Shown here: positions 43,710-53,679 of the stretch, in pieces
How positions within the stretch are numbered: the stretch's first letter is position 1
How the letters are laid out: the number at the start of each line of letters is the position of its first letter
From: an uncultured Chloroflexia bacterium
GTDB lineage: Bacteria; Chloroflexota; Limnocylindria; Limnocylindrales; CSP1-4
Assembly: GCA_963713975.1 (NCBI GenBank)
Contig: OY970218.1
Coordinates: 1,568,001-1,632,000, forward strand
Length of the DNA: 64,000 nt
Direction: 5' to 3'
Made by a program: the position numbers and the translations under genes
The notes under the pieces: model-generated
Database searches by the model: none
The model's input: the letters and a program-made list of their open reading frames with translations, nothing else
Told to the model about the DNA's origin: nothing

Positions 43710-44659
43710 GCGACGCGATGGCACCCCTCCTGTTCAGGCGTTCGTCGGCGAACCCGATCCTGACTGCCGCCGACCTTCCCTACCCGGCCAACAGCGTCTT
43801 CAACCCGGGTGCCGCCCGTGTGGGCGACGAGACGGTGCTCCTCGTCCGAGTCGAGGATATGCGCGGCATCTCGCACCTGCACGTGGCGCGCAGCGCCGAC
43901 GGGGAGACCGGCTGGCGCTGGGACCCCGACATCCTGCTACGTTCGGACGTCACGCGGTACCCGGAGGAGATCTGGGGGTGCGAGGATCCGAGGCTGACAT
44001 GGCTGCCGGAGCGCGAGGAGTGGGCGATCGCCTACACGGCGTTCAGCCGGCGCGGCCCGCTCGTGTCCGTGGCCATGACCCGCGATTTCCGCACCGTGGA
44101 CCGCATGGGGCCCGTCATGCCGCCTGAGGACAAGGACGCGGCGCTGTTTCCCCGTCGGATCGGCGGTCGCTGGGCGATGATCCATCGCCCGTCACCGCTG
44201 CAGGGCAACGCCAACATGTGGATCTCCTACTCGCCCGACCTGCGCCACTGGGGCGACCACTCGCTCCTGCTCGAGGCCCGCGAGGGCGCCTGGTGGGACG
44301 CCGGCAAGATCGGCCTTGGCCCCCCGCCGATGGAGACCCCAGAAGGCTGGCTGATCATGTACCACGGCGTTCGCCAGACGTCGGACGGCCCCATCTACCG
44401 GGTCGGGCTGGCCCTGGTGGACCTCGAGGACCCGCGGATCGTCCTCCACCGGACCGACGAGTGGGTCTTTGGTCCGTCAGAGCCCTACGAGGTGCACGGC
44501 GACGTGGGGAGGGTGGTCTTTCCCTGTGGCTGGACGGTCGATCCGGACCGGGACCGGCTCACGCTGTACTACGGCGCCGCCGACACGGCCATCGGCATGG
44601 CCGTCGCCTCATACCGCGATGTCATGGAACGCATCCGGAGCGCGCCCTTGCCCGCTTGA
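43706..44659 (+). CDS. GH130 glycoside phosphorylase/hydrolase (mannoside-type)
   Basis: VFNPGA, GCEDPR, DKDAALFP, WLIMYHGV, VVFPCG, YYGAAD. Confidence 0.9.
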   Translation: MSDAMAPLLFRRSSANPILTAADLPYPANSVFNPGAARVGDETVLLVRVEDMRGISHLHVARSADGETGWRWDPDILLRSDVTRYPEEIWGCEDPRLTWLPEREEWAIAYTAFSRRGPLVSVAMTRDFRTVDRMGPVMPPEDKDAALFPRRIGGRWAMIHRPSPLQGNANMWISYSPDLRHWGDHSLLLEAREGAWWDAGKIGLGPPPMETPEGWLIMYHGVRQTSDGPIYRVGLALVDLEDPRIVLHRTDEWVFGPSEPYEVHGDVGRVVFPCGWTVDPDRDRLTLYYGAADTAIGMAVASYRDVMERIRSAPLPA

Positions 44660-44768
44660 GCCCGGGGTCGCCAACGGTGGCTATGCGTGGCAGGATCTTG
44701 CTCGGCTTGGCTCCATTCGACACCGCGGATCGAGCCGGGATCGCCCGTACGTCCCGCCTGGAGACTCC

Positions 44769-45461
44769 ATGTCAGAGTTGCCGCCGTTCGAGGGCTTCCG
44801 GCCCGACGCGATCGGCTTCCTCGTCGACCTGGCCGCCAACAACGACCGGGCCTGGTTCACGCCCCGCAAGGCCGAGTACGAGCGGCTGCTCAAGCGCCCG
44901 CTCGAGGCGCTGTGCGTCGCCCTCGCGGAGCGCTTCGAGGCGCGCGGGATCCCGCTGACCGCCGATCCTGCGCGCTCGCCGTTTCGCATCTACCGCGACG
45001 TCCGATTCGCCCGCGACAAGTCCCCCTACAAGACGGCCGCCAGCGCCTGGTTCCGTGCCCCGGGGGGCGGGCCCGGCGGCTACTTCCATCTCGAGCCCGG
45101 CGAGATCTTCGCGGGCGGTGGCCTGTATCACCCGGAGCCAGCGGTCCTGGTCTCCTGGCGGCGCCTCGTGGACACGGATCCCGGCACGATCCGGCAGGCG
45201 ATCTCCGACCCCGGGTTCACCGCGGCGTACGGGGAGCTCTCCGGCGAGCGGCTCAAGCGGCTGCCCCGGGGATTTGCGCAGGACCACCCGGACGCGGACC
45301 TGCTCGTGCTCAAGGACCTGGTCTTCTCCCGGCGCCTCTCGGACGCCGATGTGCTCTCGCCTGCCCTGCCGGACCTGCTCACGGACCTCTACGCAGCCGC
45401 CGGACCCGTGTGGGAGCTCCTGGCGCGTGTCGCAAACGGTGCCTCTGCCGAGGCCGGGTAG
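44769..45461 (+). CDS. DUF2461 (TIGR02453) family protein
   Basis: LAANNDRAWF, FRIYRDVRFARDKSPYKT, LKRLPRGF. Confidence 0.9.
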   Translation: MSELPPFEGFRPDAIGFLVDLAANNDRAWFTPRKAEYERLLKRPLEALCVALAERFEARGIPLTADPARSPFRIYRDVRFARDKSPYKTAASAWFRAPGGGPGGYFHLEPGEIFAGGGLYHPEPAVLVSWRRLVDTDPGTIRQAISDPGFTAAYGELSGERLKRLPRGFAQDHPDADLLVLKDLVFSRRLSDADVLSPALPDLLTDLYAAAGPVWELLARVANGASAEAG

Positions 45462-45666
45462 TGCGTCCGGCTTGACCCAGGGCAATACATCGGCAAAATC
45501 CCTGCCAGGCCACCTCGTCGACGTGACCGGTACGTGACCTGCCAGGGAGCCGGGCCGCACCTGGATGACGGATGCCGCCCGGTCTGCCCGATCGGGCAAC
45601 CAGATCGCCCGAGGAACTGCGCCACCTGCCGTTCCCGGATCCCAGCCGACAGAACACGATCCTGAG

Positions 45667-46938
45667 ATGGCACGGGCGCATGCGACCCATGGGCACGACT
45701 CCCGTGACGGGCGTTCCGGCGCGCGACCCGGGGGTCAGGGAACCGGTGGACGCTCGATCGTCGAGCGGGGTGCCATCTCGGCCCGCCACGTCAGCCCCTC
45801 GGCGATGACGCAGCTCCAGCGGCTCGCCGGCAACACGGCTGCCCGGGCGATGATCCAACGCCTGGTTGAGGACGAGGCAGCGCCGTACGGCGCCACCGAG
45901 CGCGAGGCCGGGGAGATCCAGCTGCCGCCGCCCACCGTGAGCGCGGGAGCCGGCGCATCGGCCGACGCCGGGGTCCCGGGCGCCGGGAACGCGCCACCAG
46001 GCCCGGAGGCGATGCACCGGACGATGCGTCGCGGGTCGCGCGGCGATGACGTCTCCGACCTTCAGACGCGCCTCAACGCGGCGGGTGCCGCGGAACCGGC
46101 TCTGGTCACCGACGGCATCTTCGGGCGGCTCACGCAGGCCTCGGCCCGGCAGTACCAATCGAGTCACGACCTCGAGCCGGATGGCATCGTGGGTCCGCTG
46201 ACCTGGGCCTCGCTCGATCCCGGGGGTGGTGGCGGCGGACCCCGGCCCGCTGTCGACCCGCTGGCTGGCATCGTCAGGATCGTTGGTCATGGCGCGGATG
46301 CCGCCGCGATTGCCCGTGCGCGTGCCCAGGCGATTGAGCTGTACGGTTCGATGGCCGCCGCCAACCGCGCCCGCATGGTCGCCGACCCGATCTCCATCGA
46401 CGTCATCCCACACGCCAGAAAGCTGACCGAGCTGCCTGAATACGCCCACCTGGCCGGCACCCAGACCTTCGACGGCAGACTCTGGGACAACGTGCGCGGC
46501 ATCCAGACGACCGTCAACGGCGTCCGACGGGTCGCCGTGGCCGAGGAGGACCTGATCACGGTTGCCGGGACGGCCGCCTCATACGGATCCGGCTTCCTCG
46601 AGGCCCACGAGGGCGGTCACGGCCTGCAGTTCTCCGGACTCACGGCGACACAGCAGGCGACCCTCCAGACGATCTACACGGCGCGTCTGGCCGCGAGCGG
46701 CCCGATCACCCAGGCGACGCCGGCAAGTGCCGCGACGGCGATGTGGCTCAACCCGTCGTGGTACTCCGCCGCCAACAAGGAGGAGTACTTCGCGAACTCC
46801 GTCGCGGCCTACCATGGTCACCCATACACGAACGGTGCGGCCGACGTCGCCATCTACACGCGGGCGTGGCTCGCCACCAACGACCCGGCGATGCACCGGC
46901 TGCTCCGGGCCGTCTACCAGCAGGGGGGCTCACCATGA
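45667..46938 (+). CDS. Peptidoglycan-binding domain plus lethal-factor/PPEP-like zinc metallopeptidase; putative effector
   Basis: LQRLAGNTA; GSRGDDVSDLQTRL...DGIVGPLTW; HEGGH and NKEEYFA. Start could be 45565. Confidence 0.72.
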   Translation: MARAHATHGHDSRDGRSGARPGGQGTGGRSIVERGAISARHVSPSAMTQLQRLAGNTAARAMIQRLVEDEAAPYGATEREAGEIQLPPPTVSAGAGASADAGVPGAGNAPPGPEAMHRTMRRGSRGDDVSDLQTRLNAAGAAEPALVTDGIFGRLTQASARQYQSSHDLEPDGIVGPLTWASLDPGGGGGGPRPAVDPLAGIVRIVGHGADAAAIARARAQAIELYGSMAAANRARMVADPISIDVIPHARKLTELPEYAHLAGTQTFDGRLWDNVRGIQTTVNGVRRVAVAEEDLITVAGTAASYGSGFLEAHEGGHGLQFSGLTATQQATLQTIYTARLAASGPITQATPASAATAMWLNPSWYSAANKEEYFANSVAAYHGHPYTNGAADVAIYTRAWLATNDPAMHRLLRAVYQQGGSP

Positions 46939-47216
46939 CCGGAAATCCGGCCCCGCGCCACATCCGTCTCTGGCGCGAGGGTCGCCTGGCGCTGGACCTG
47001 ATCGAGGTGCCGGGGATCCTCGTCAGCACCTCCGCTCCGCCACCGCTACCGGGCCAGGGGCCGGACGTCCATCCGTTTGCCACCGCCACAGCGTATGTCG
47101 CCGAGTGGGAGGGCGAACTAGGATCGCTGCTGCGTACGGCGGCCGATCTGGACGCGTTCCTCGCCGCCGCCGTCCCCTTGGGCTATGTGATCGAGGAGCC
47201 GATCGAATCGGCCTGA
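46935..47216 (+). CDS. Small hypothetical protein (93 aa), candidate immunity/partner
   Basis: ATGA overlap with the peptidase stop; GC-rich third codon positions. Confidence 0.6.
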   Translation: MTGNPAPRHIRLWREGRLALDLIEVPGILVSTSAPPPLPGQGPDVHPFATATAYVAEWEGELGSLLRTAADLDAFLAAAVPLGYVIEEPIESA

Positions 47217-47343
47217 TCCGGGTCGTGACTGGCGGGCGTCCGCCCGACACCTCCGCCGTCAAGCAGGTTGTCGCCGGGGTGGCGGAGTCCGTGAGTCGCA
47301 TACGTGGTGGCGCGCGACCCGGGGTCGCCAACGCCGCGCCCCG

Positions 47344-47994
47344 CTATGCCCTGAGGCGGTACACCCGACCCTGGGTCTGCGCCATGTCCTCGAGCGCCGT
47401 GCTGGACCGGACGTCGTAGGCAGCGATCTCGTCGAGCTCGCCGACCGGCAGATAGCGGCGGCCGGGGTCACCCACGAGGATATCGATCCCCGCTGCGTGC
47501 GCACGCCGCAGCCAGGGCAGCACGCGTTCGGCGAGCCCGCCCTCGTAGCTGAAGTCACCGGCGAGGATGACGTCGGCGTCCGGCGGGTCCTCGTCGAGCA
47601 CATCGCGCCGGACTACGGCAACCCGATGGCCGTTGGCGCGTGCGTTGAGCTTGATCGAGGCCGCAGCGAACGCGTCGACATCCGCGGCCGTCGCGGCCGT
47701 CGCGCCCGCGCACATGGCAGCGATCGCGCACAGCCCGGAACCGGACGCTAGATCGAACACCCGGCGACCGGTCACGACCGACGGCTGCTCACGCAGGTAG
47801 CGCCCGATGGCGAGACCCCCTGCCCAGGCGACAGCCCAGTAGGGGACCGGGGCGTCGCGATCGCCGGTCTCGACCTGGGTGGCATGCCAGAGAGGCTCCA
47901 GCTCGTCGGCCAAGTGGAGCCGGATCTCCTCGAGGCCGGGGACCGGCCGCAGGCGCGTATGGCGGAGGACGAAGGCCCCGGGCGAGGCCGTCAC
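47344..47994 (-). CDS. Class I SAM-dependent methyltransferase (PrmA/COG3897-like)
   Basis: PYWAVAWAGG, DLASGSG, LAGD, VGDPGR. Confidence 0.9.
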   Translation of the reverse strand: MTASPGAFVLRHTRLRPVPGLEEIRLHLADELEPLWHATQVETGDRDAPVPYWAVAWAGGLAIGRYLREQPSVVTGRRVFDLASGSGLCAIAAMCAGATAATAADVDAFAAASIKLNARANGHRVAVVRRDVLDEDPPDADVILAGDFSYEGGLAERVLPWLRRAHAAGIDILVGDPGRRYLPVGELDEIAAYDVRSSTALEDMAQTQGRVYRLRA

Positions 47995-48388
47995 CGCTGG
48001 CCTGCCAGCCAGGCGTGTTCCCCGGCAAGCACGAGTATCACGGTCCGGACGCCGGCGAGCGGCGACCGGGGGTCAGCATCATCGCTTGCTCCCGTCCAGG
48101 CGTCGTTCATCGGTGGCTGCCACTCGGCCGGCGGCCGGGGTTGGGCCATGCGGTGCGCCTCCGTCCTGCTGCGGTTGATGTGGCGGCTCTGGTCGGCCGA
48201 GGCACTCTCACACGCGCGCGGCTCGGCGGCAAGGGCCCAGGGTTTGGCGCACGTGGCGCCCCGGCACCGAGACGTGTTGGTGAAGCCCTCCCGCGCGGCT
48301 CTTGACGGTCTCGGACCCGCCTCCGAACATTGGCCGGACCGATCATTGACGGAAGGGGGCCGCCAAGGATGTCGTCATCGATGCCACC

Positions 48389-49297
48389 GTGAGCCCGGAT
48401 GCGCCGATCGTCGTCCGTCACGCTCGGTACGCGGTCGTGGACCCGCCGGGCCCGATGCAGGTCCAGCTCCGCGTCGAGGCGGTGACGCGGGCCGGCGATG
48501 ACGTCCTGATTGCCGAACCGGCCGTGAGCGTCTCGGTTCGGCCGGATGATCCCAGCGTGATCGCAAGCCAGGGCATCGGCTACAGCGGCACGCAGGGGGC
48601 CCAGTTCGACCTCACCGGTACCTGCCGCCTGGGGTGCAGCGGCGGTGTCACGATCGTGGTGCGCGCCGGGCCCGGGCTCGACCCGACCGACGTCGGCCTC
48701 CGCACCTCGCTCGTCCTCACCGACTCGTCCTACAAGACACCACCGACGGACGCGATGATCGAGGTGGGCGAAGACGACCCGCCGGCCGGCCGGATTCCGA
48801 CCGTGTCGACTGCCGCCATCAGCCCGGTGATCCGCGTCTCCTCGGCACAGGAGATCGCCTCCATCCAACTGGTGCTTCACGCGGATGAGCGATTGCTCGC
48901 TGCTCCCCTCGAGCTTCCGCGCGTGGGGTCGCTCAGCATCCGGCTCGTGGGACAGGGCGAGGCTCACCAGCTCCTGTGGAGGCCGTCGGCCGGTGGGTCG
49001 ACCGGGTTCGCGACGGTCGGGGGTGCCCAGTACTTCCTCGCGGGCGAGAGCTGGCCCTTCGAGGTTGACTGGCTGCGGCTGTGCCAGCCGCACGCGCCGT
49101 GCGACATCCCGTTCACGGTCACCGCGGACTATCGGCACATCGCGAGCGAGGCGAGGGTTACGTCGGCCCTTCAGAACCAGACGAGCCCGCCGATCCCCAA
49201 TTCCTTCAGCTTCACGGTCGAGGTGACGGCCGCATACGAGGCGTTCGATGGCGCCGCGATCCCTGCCAATTCCCTGGAGCTGACCGTCCGGCCCTGA
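48389..49297 (+). CDS. Hypothetical beta-rich protein with two Cys pairs; possibly 5'-truncated
   Basis: 302-aa ORF, CRLGC and CQPHAPC; no family recognised. Confidence 0.55.
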   Translation: MSPDAPIVVRHARYAVVDPPGPMQVQLRVEAVTRAGDDVLIAEPAVSVSVRPDDPSVIASQGIGYSGTQGAQFDLTGTCRLGCSGGVTIVVRAGPGLDPTDVGLRTSLVLTDSSYKTPPTDAMIEVGEDDPPAGRIPTVSTAAISPVIRVSSAQEIASIQLVLHADERLLAAPLELPRVGSLSIRLVGQGEAHQLLWRPSAGGSTGFATVGGAQYFLAGESWPFEVDWLRLCQPHAPCDIPFTVTADYRHIASEARVTSALQNQTSPPIPNSFSFTVEVTAAYEAFDGAAIPANSLELTVRP

Positions 49298-49356
49298 TCA
49301 CGGCCCGCACCCGCCCCGAGACGTTTGGCCGCGCCCGCGACGCGGCGCCAACGCCG

Positions 49357-49965
49357 TCAGCCGGCGCTGAACCGCTCCTCGCCCCAGGGGTCGGCGTCGT
49401 TGTGGTAGCCGTAGCGTTCCCAGAAACCCGGTGAGTCGTGGTCCAGCAGCTCCAGGCCCCGGATCCACTTGGGGCCCTTCCAGAAGTACCGCTTGGGGAC
49501 GATCAGCCGCAGCGGGTACCCGTGGTCCGGCTCGAGGGGCTCGCCCTCGAAGGTGTCGGCCAGCAGCACGTCGTCGTCGTCCAGCACCGATAGCGGCACG
49601 TTGGCCGTATAGCCCTGTTCCGCGTGGCCGACCGCGTGGGTGGCCGCTGGCCGGACCTGCGCCAGCTCCAGGATCGTCTGGATCGCCACGCCCTCCCAGT
49701 GCGTGTCCAGCTTCGACCACCGCGTCACGCAGTGGATGTCCGTGGTGACCTGCTTGCGTGGCAGCGCCTGGAGCTCGGCCCAGGTGAGCCGGAGGGGGCT
49801 GTCCACCTCGCCGTAGACGCGGAAGTCCCAGGTCGCGAGGTCCACCGGCGGCACGGACCCGTAGTGCAGCACCGGGAACTTCTCGGTGAGGTACTGGCCG
49901 GGGGGAACCCGGTCCGCCGTGGCCGGATCGCCGCGCCGGTCGCCGAAGAGTCGCTCGAACATCAT
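49357..49965 (-). CDS. Sulfite oxidase-like molybdopterin oxidoreductase
   Basis: RVPPGQ, DIHCVTRWS, HGYPLRL, GFWERYGYH. Confidence 0.92.
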   Translation of the reverse strand: MMFERLFGDRRGDPATADRVPPGQYLTEKFPVLHYGSVPPVDLATWDFRVYGEVDSPLRLTWAELQALPRKQVTTDIHCVTRWSKLDTHWEGVAIQTILELAQVRPAATHAVGHAEQGYTANVPLSVLDDDDVLLADTFEGEPLEPDHGYPLRLIVPKRYFWKGPKWIRGLELLDHDSPGFWERYGYHNDADPWGEERFSAG

Positions 49966-50080
49966 TGGTCTCCTGCGCCCGGGTGCTCCCGCCAGGGTGC
50001 TGGTCGCCCGGGCACCAGCCTGTTCGGTTGAACGATACCCGTGGATCGTGACAGGCCCGTGACCGGGGTAGAGTGGCGGC

Positions 50081-50851
50081 ATGCCCCACGCCCCGAAGGT
50101 GGTCATCGTCATGCCGGCGTACAACGCCGCCCTTACGCTGGAGCGGACGTACGCGGACATCCCGCACGATCTCGTCGACCACGTGATCCTGGTGGACGAT
50201 GTGTCGGCGGACCAGACCGTGGAGATCGCCCGGAGGCTCGGCCTGGAGGTGATCACCCACCGCCAGAACCTGGGCTACGGCGGCAACCAGAAGACCTGCT
50301 ACGAACGGGCGCTCGAGTGGGGCGCGGACGTCGTCGTGATGCTCCATCCCGACTACCAGTACGACGCGACGCGGATCCCGGACCTGGTCGCCCCGATCCT
50401 TGCCGGCACGGCTGACCTGGTGCTGGGCAGCCGCTTCCTGGGCGACCCGATCGCGGGCGGCATGCCGAGGTGGAAGTTCATCTCCAACCGGTTCCTGACC
50501 GGTGTGGAGAACCGAGCCTTCGGGCTCCACCTCTCCGAGTATCACACGGGCCTCCGCGCGTACAGCCGCAGGCTGCTGGAGACGATCCCGTACAGCCTCA
50601 ATTCCGATGACTTCGTGTTCGACCAGGACCTGATCGCGCAGGTCGTCGCGGCTCGCAACCTGGCGATCGGCGAGATCGCGGTCCCCACGCGGTACTTCTC
50701 TGAGGCAAGCTCCGTCGGCTTCAGGCGGAGCGTTGTCTACGGGCTCTCCACGCTGCGGGTCGTGGGGCGCTACCTCCTGCACCGGACCGGGCTGCGCCGG
50801 TCGGCGAAGCTCCGCCCTCGCGTCTCCGCGAGCGAGACCGGCGCCGCCTGA
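50081..50851 (+). CDS. GT2 glycosyltransferase (DPM synthase-like)
   Basis: VMPAYN, LVDD, NLGYGGNQK, HPDYQY, GSRF. Confidence 0.92.
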   Translation: MPHAPKVVIVMPAYNAALTLERTYADIPHDLVDHVILVDDVSADQTVEIARRLGLEVITHRQNLGYGGNQKTCYERALEWGADVVVMLHPDYQYDATRIPDLVAPILAGTADLVLGSRFLGDPIAGGMPRWKFISNRFLTGVENRAFGLHLSEYHTGLRAYSRRLLETIPYSLNSDDFVFDQDLIAQVVAARNLAIGEIAVPTRYFSEASSVGFRRSVVYGLSTLRVVGRYLLHRTGLRRSAKLRPRVSASETGAA

Positions 50852-50853
50852 CC

Positions 50854-51864
50854 ATGCGTTTCCGCGGCGGCGTCGCGAGGGCGACCCTGGGGCTCCTCAT
50901 CTCCCTCGTGGCGCTGGCGCTCGTCGCCCGCTCGGTGGATCTCGAGGCCGCATGGCAGATCCTGCGTGGTGCCGATCCCCGGTGGATCCTCGTGCTCATG
51001 GGGTTCGTCGCCATCGACGTCGTCCTGCGGGCGATCCGCTGGCGGGTGCTGCTGTCGCCCCTGGCGGTGGTGCCGTTCGGGGCGACGCTCTCGTCGCTGC
51101 TCGTCGGGTACCTCGCCAACAACATCCTGCCGATGCGCCTCGGCGAGATCGTCAGGAGCCACGACCTGGGTGGGCGCACCGGGTTGAGCCGGCCGTCGAT
51201 CCTGGGCACGATCGTGGTCGAGCGCATCGTGGACACGTTCGTCGTCGTGTCCATCGCCGCGGTGGCGATCCTGGTCCTGTCCGTGCGGGGGATCGTGGCC
51301 TCGGCGGTCCTGGTGGGGTTCGCCGTCACGGCGCTGCTGGTGGTGGCCGTGGGCCTGGGGATCTACGCGCACCGCCTCCCGGGGGCGGACCGGATCGCGG
51401 CGTTCCTGGAACGCTGGCCCCGGATCCGGGAGGCCCTCACGCGGCTGCGGGCCGGCCTCTCGGTGGCGAGCGATGCCAGGGTGATGATCGTCGCGGTCCT
51501 GCTCTCGATAGGGTCGTGGTCGTTTACCGTGCTCGCCTTCGCGGCGGCGGCGCAGGCGGTCGGCGTGGAGCCGACGATCGGTCAGGCCGCGCTGCTCGCG
51601 GCCGGCACCAACCTGGCCACGGCCATCCCCGCGGCCCCCGGGTACGTGGGCACGTTCGAGCTGGCGGTGGTGACGATCGGGGCGTCGGTGGGGATCGCGA
51701 AGGAGGACGCGCTGGCTTTCGGCATCCTGGTGCACACGGTGCTGCTGCTCATGACGTCGGTCGGCGGGGCGATAGCCCTCGTGCTCGGCGGCCGGCGCCA
51801 GCGACACCTGGTCCGCGAGGCGATGGTGACTGAAGCGAGCTCACCCGTCGTGGGTGAGCCATGA
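50854..51864 (+). CDS. Lysylphosphatidylglycerol synthase TM-domain (flippase-like) protein
   Basis: RAIRW, NNILPMRLGE, VERIVD, PGYVGTFE. Confidence 0.88.
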   Translation: MRFRGGVARATLGLLISLVALALVARSVDLEAAWQILRGADPRWILVLMGFVAIDVVLRAIRWRVLLSPLAVVPFGATLSSLLVGYLANNILPMRLGEIVRSHDLGGRTGLSRPSILGTIVVERIVDTFVVVSIAAVAILVLSVRGIVASAVLVGFAVTALLVVAVGLGIYAHRLPGADRIAAFLERWPRIREALTRLRAGLSVASDARVMIVAVLLSIGSWSFTVLAFAAAAQAVGVEPTIGQAALLAAGTNLATAIPAAPGYVGTFELAVVTIGASVGIAKEDALAFGILVHTVLLLMTSVGGAIALVLGGRRQRHLVREAMVTEASSPVVGEP

Positions 51865-51880
51865 TGACGGGAGGCGCTCG

Positions 51881-52606
51881 ATGACGGAAGCGCGTGCGCA
51901 GCGGGCGTGGCCGGGTGCGCTGGACTGGGGCGGCGACTGGCTCGGCGACACCCGTCAGGAGTTGCAGCACCTGGGGTTCGAGCTCCGGGACGGCTCCCTG
52001 GCGGGCTCCATGCCCGGTCCCCGGCTGCTGATCGCGATCCGCGACCGGCCCACGCTGGCGCATTTCGACCCCGAGCTGGTCACGTTCTGGGAGGCGCGCG
52101 GTGGACGCGGCCACGTCGCGTCGATCGGTCGCTCCGTGCCCGTTCCCGTGGCGCGCCCCTGGTCGTGGGGCCCGGTGCGCGTGGAAGACCGGGTGCCCGT
52201 CAGCAACCAGTTCCTGGGGTTCGGCGGGACGCTGCTGGTCGACGCCGTAGACGGCACCTGCACGTACCTCGCCTTCACCTCGCGTGCGCCGATCGTGCGC
52301 TGGGCAGGGCATTCCCAGGGCGTGGACCCGCTCGTGGACGAGATCGGGGCCTTCTTCGCGCGCCTTATGGTGCCCGTGGACTACCAGGACGGAGCGGAGG
52401 GTCGCATCGCCGAGGCGGACCCGGAGGCGTTGTACGGCGTATTCGTGCGGCACTCGCTCGAGCGCGTGCACCACAGCCACCGGCTGCGCGATGCCGACCC
52501 GCAGCTCGCAGGCTGGCTGGAGCACGAGGGCCACCGGCTCGCCCAGGACTCGCCCGCGCACTGGCAGGAGGCCGGCGTGCTGCGGGACTGGCTGGACCTG
52601 CGCTAG
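51881..52606 (+). CDS. Hypothetical protein
   Basis: SD ggagg before the ATG; coding-like codon bias; no family recognised. Confidence 0.7.
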   Translation: MTEARAQRAWPGALDWGGDWLGDTRQELQHLGFELRDGSLAGSMPGPRLLIAIRDRPTLAHFDPELVTFWEARGGRGHVASIGRSVPVPVARPWSWGPVRVEDRVPVSNQFLGFGGTLLVDAVDGTCTYLAFTSRAPIVRWAGHSQGVDPLVDEIGAFFARLMVPVDYQDGAEGRIAEADPEALYGVFVRHSLERVHHSHRLRDADPQLAGWLEHEGHRLAQDSPAHWQEAGVLRDWLDLR

Positions 52607-52641
52607 CAGCCGGCCGGCCGCGCCGCTCCCGGGAATCGAAC

Positions 52642-52664
52642 GGGCCCCGGCGGAGCCGGGGCCC
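52642..52664. terminator. Hairpin between convergent genes
   Basis: gggccccggcggagccggggccc. Confidence 0.45.
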
Positions 52665-52711
52665 TGGATCGGCGGCGAGCCCTGCGGGGCCCGGCGAGCG
52701 TTTCGCGGGAC

Positions 52712-53620
52712 CTACTCCGCGAGCCCCTGCGCCTTGAGCCACGTGGCGACCACGTCGTTGATGTCCTTCTTGTCGACGCTGACCTGCTTGTAGAGGTCGG
52801 CGAGCGTCGCCGTGTCGACCTTGGCCGACAGGTCGTTGAGGAGCTTCGAGAACGCGGCCTCGTCGGTCTTCGCGAGGAAGTCGTTCCTCACCAGCGGGGC
52901 GATGTTGTCGGCCGGCTGGGTGAGCTTGTCGTCCTCGAGCAGCACGAAGTCGTTGATGATGATGTCGGGCTGCGTGGAGCACAGCTCGCCGAGGTCGATG
53001 GTCCCGGCCGCTAGGGCCTGCGCCATCGGCGTGGAGCACGCATCGAGGAGCGTGGCTCCCGAGACGTCAAGCCCATACGCCTCCTTGAGCGCCGCGGCGC
53101 ACAGGGGGTTCGTAGGGCAGTCCTTGGCCAGGCCGAGCTTCAGCTCGTCCTGGACGGCCGCGACGTCGCTCATCTTCGTCAGCGAGTACTGGTCGGCGGT
53201 CTCCCTGCGGACGACGAACGCGTTCTGGTCCTGGGCCGGCGTGTAGTCGAGGGCGGTGATCCCGCCCCCCTTGCCGTCGAGGATCGCCTGGAGCGCGGCG
53301 CTGTTGGCCGCCGCATCGCCGGTTGGCGTGCCACCGTAGCCGGCCGCGAGCCCGGAGCCGATGTACTCGGGCTGGAGGTCGATCTGGCCGCTCTCCAGGG
53401 CGGGGAGCAGCACCTTCCGGTCGCCCAGCCCGATGCCGTCCCGGTTGACGCTGTAGCCGGCGCCTTCAAGGACCTGGGCGTAGGCCTCGGCCATGATCCG
53501 CGCCTCGTCGAACCCCACCGAGCCGACCTTGATCTCTGGCTTGCTGCCCCCACCCGTCGAGCAGGCGCCGACCAGCACCAGCATCGACGCCCCGAGGGCG
53601 AGCGCGCGGGACAACCGCAT
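52712..53620 (-). CDS. Osmoprotectant (glycine betaine/choline) ABC substrate-binding lipoprotein
   Basis: Lipobox VGAC; EARIMAEAY, PEYIG, AQDQN, LEDDK. Confidence 0.9.
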   Translation of the reverse strand: MRLSRALALGASMLVLVGACSTGGGSKPEIKVGSVGFDEARIMAEAYAQVLEGAGYSVNRDGIGLGDRKVLLPALESGQIDLQPEYIGSGLAAGYGGTPTGDAAANSAALQAILDGKGGGITALDYTPAQDQNAFVVRRETADQYSLTKMSDVAAVQDELKLGLAKDCPTNPLCAAALKEAYGLDVSGATLLDACSTPMAQALAAGTIDLGELCSTQPDIIINDFVLLEDDKLTQPADNIAPLVRNDFLAKTDEAAFSKLLNDLSAKVDTATLADLYKQVSVDKKDINDVVATWLKAQGLAE

Positions 53621-53679
53621 TGGGTCTCCTCTCCGTGTCGCTGCGCGGCCGGCGGGCACCGGCCTCGCTGAACCATATA

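Noticed and set aside
50022-50033. LexA box upstream of the sulfite oxidase-like gene
   Set aside because: Reads GTTC-N4-GAAC, the reverse arrangement of the GAAC-N4-GTTC box.
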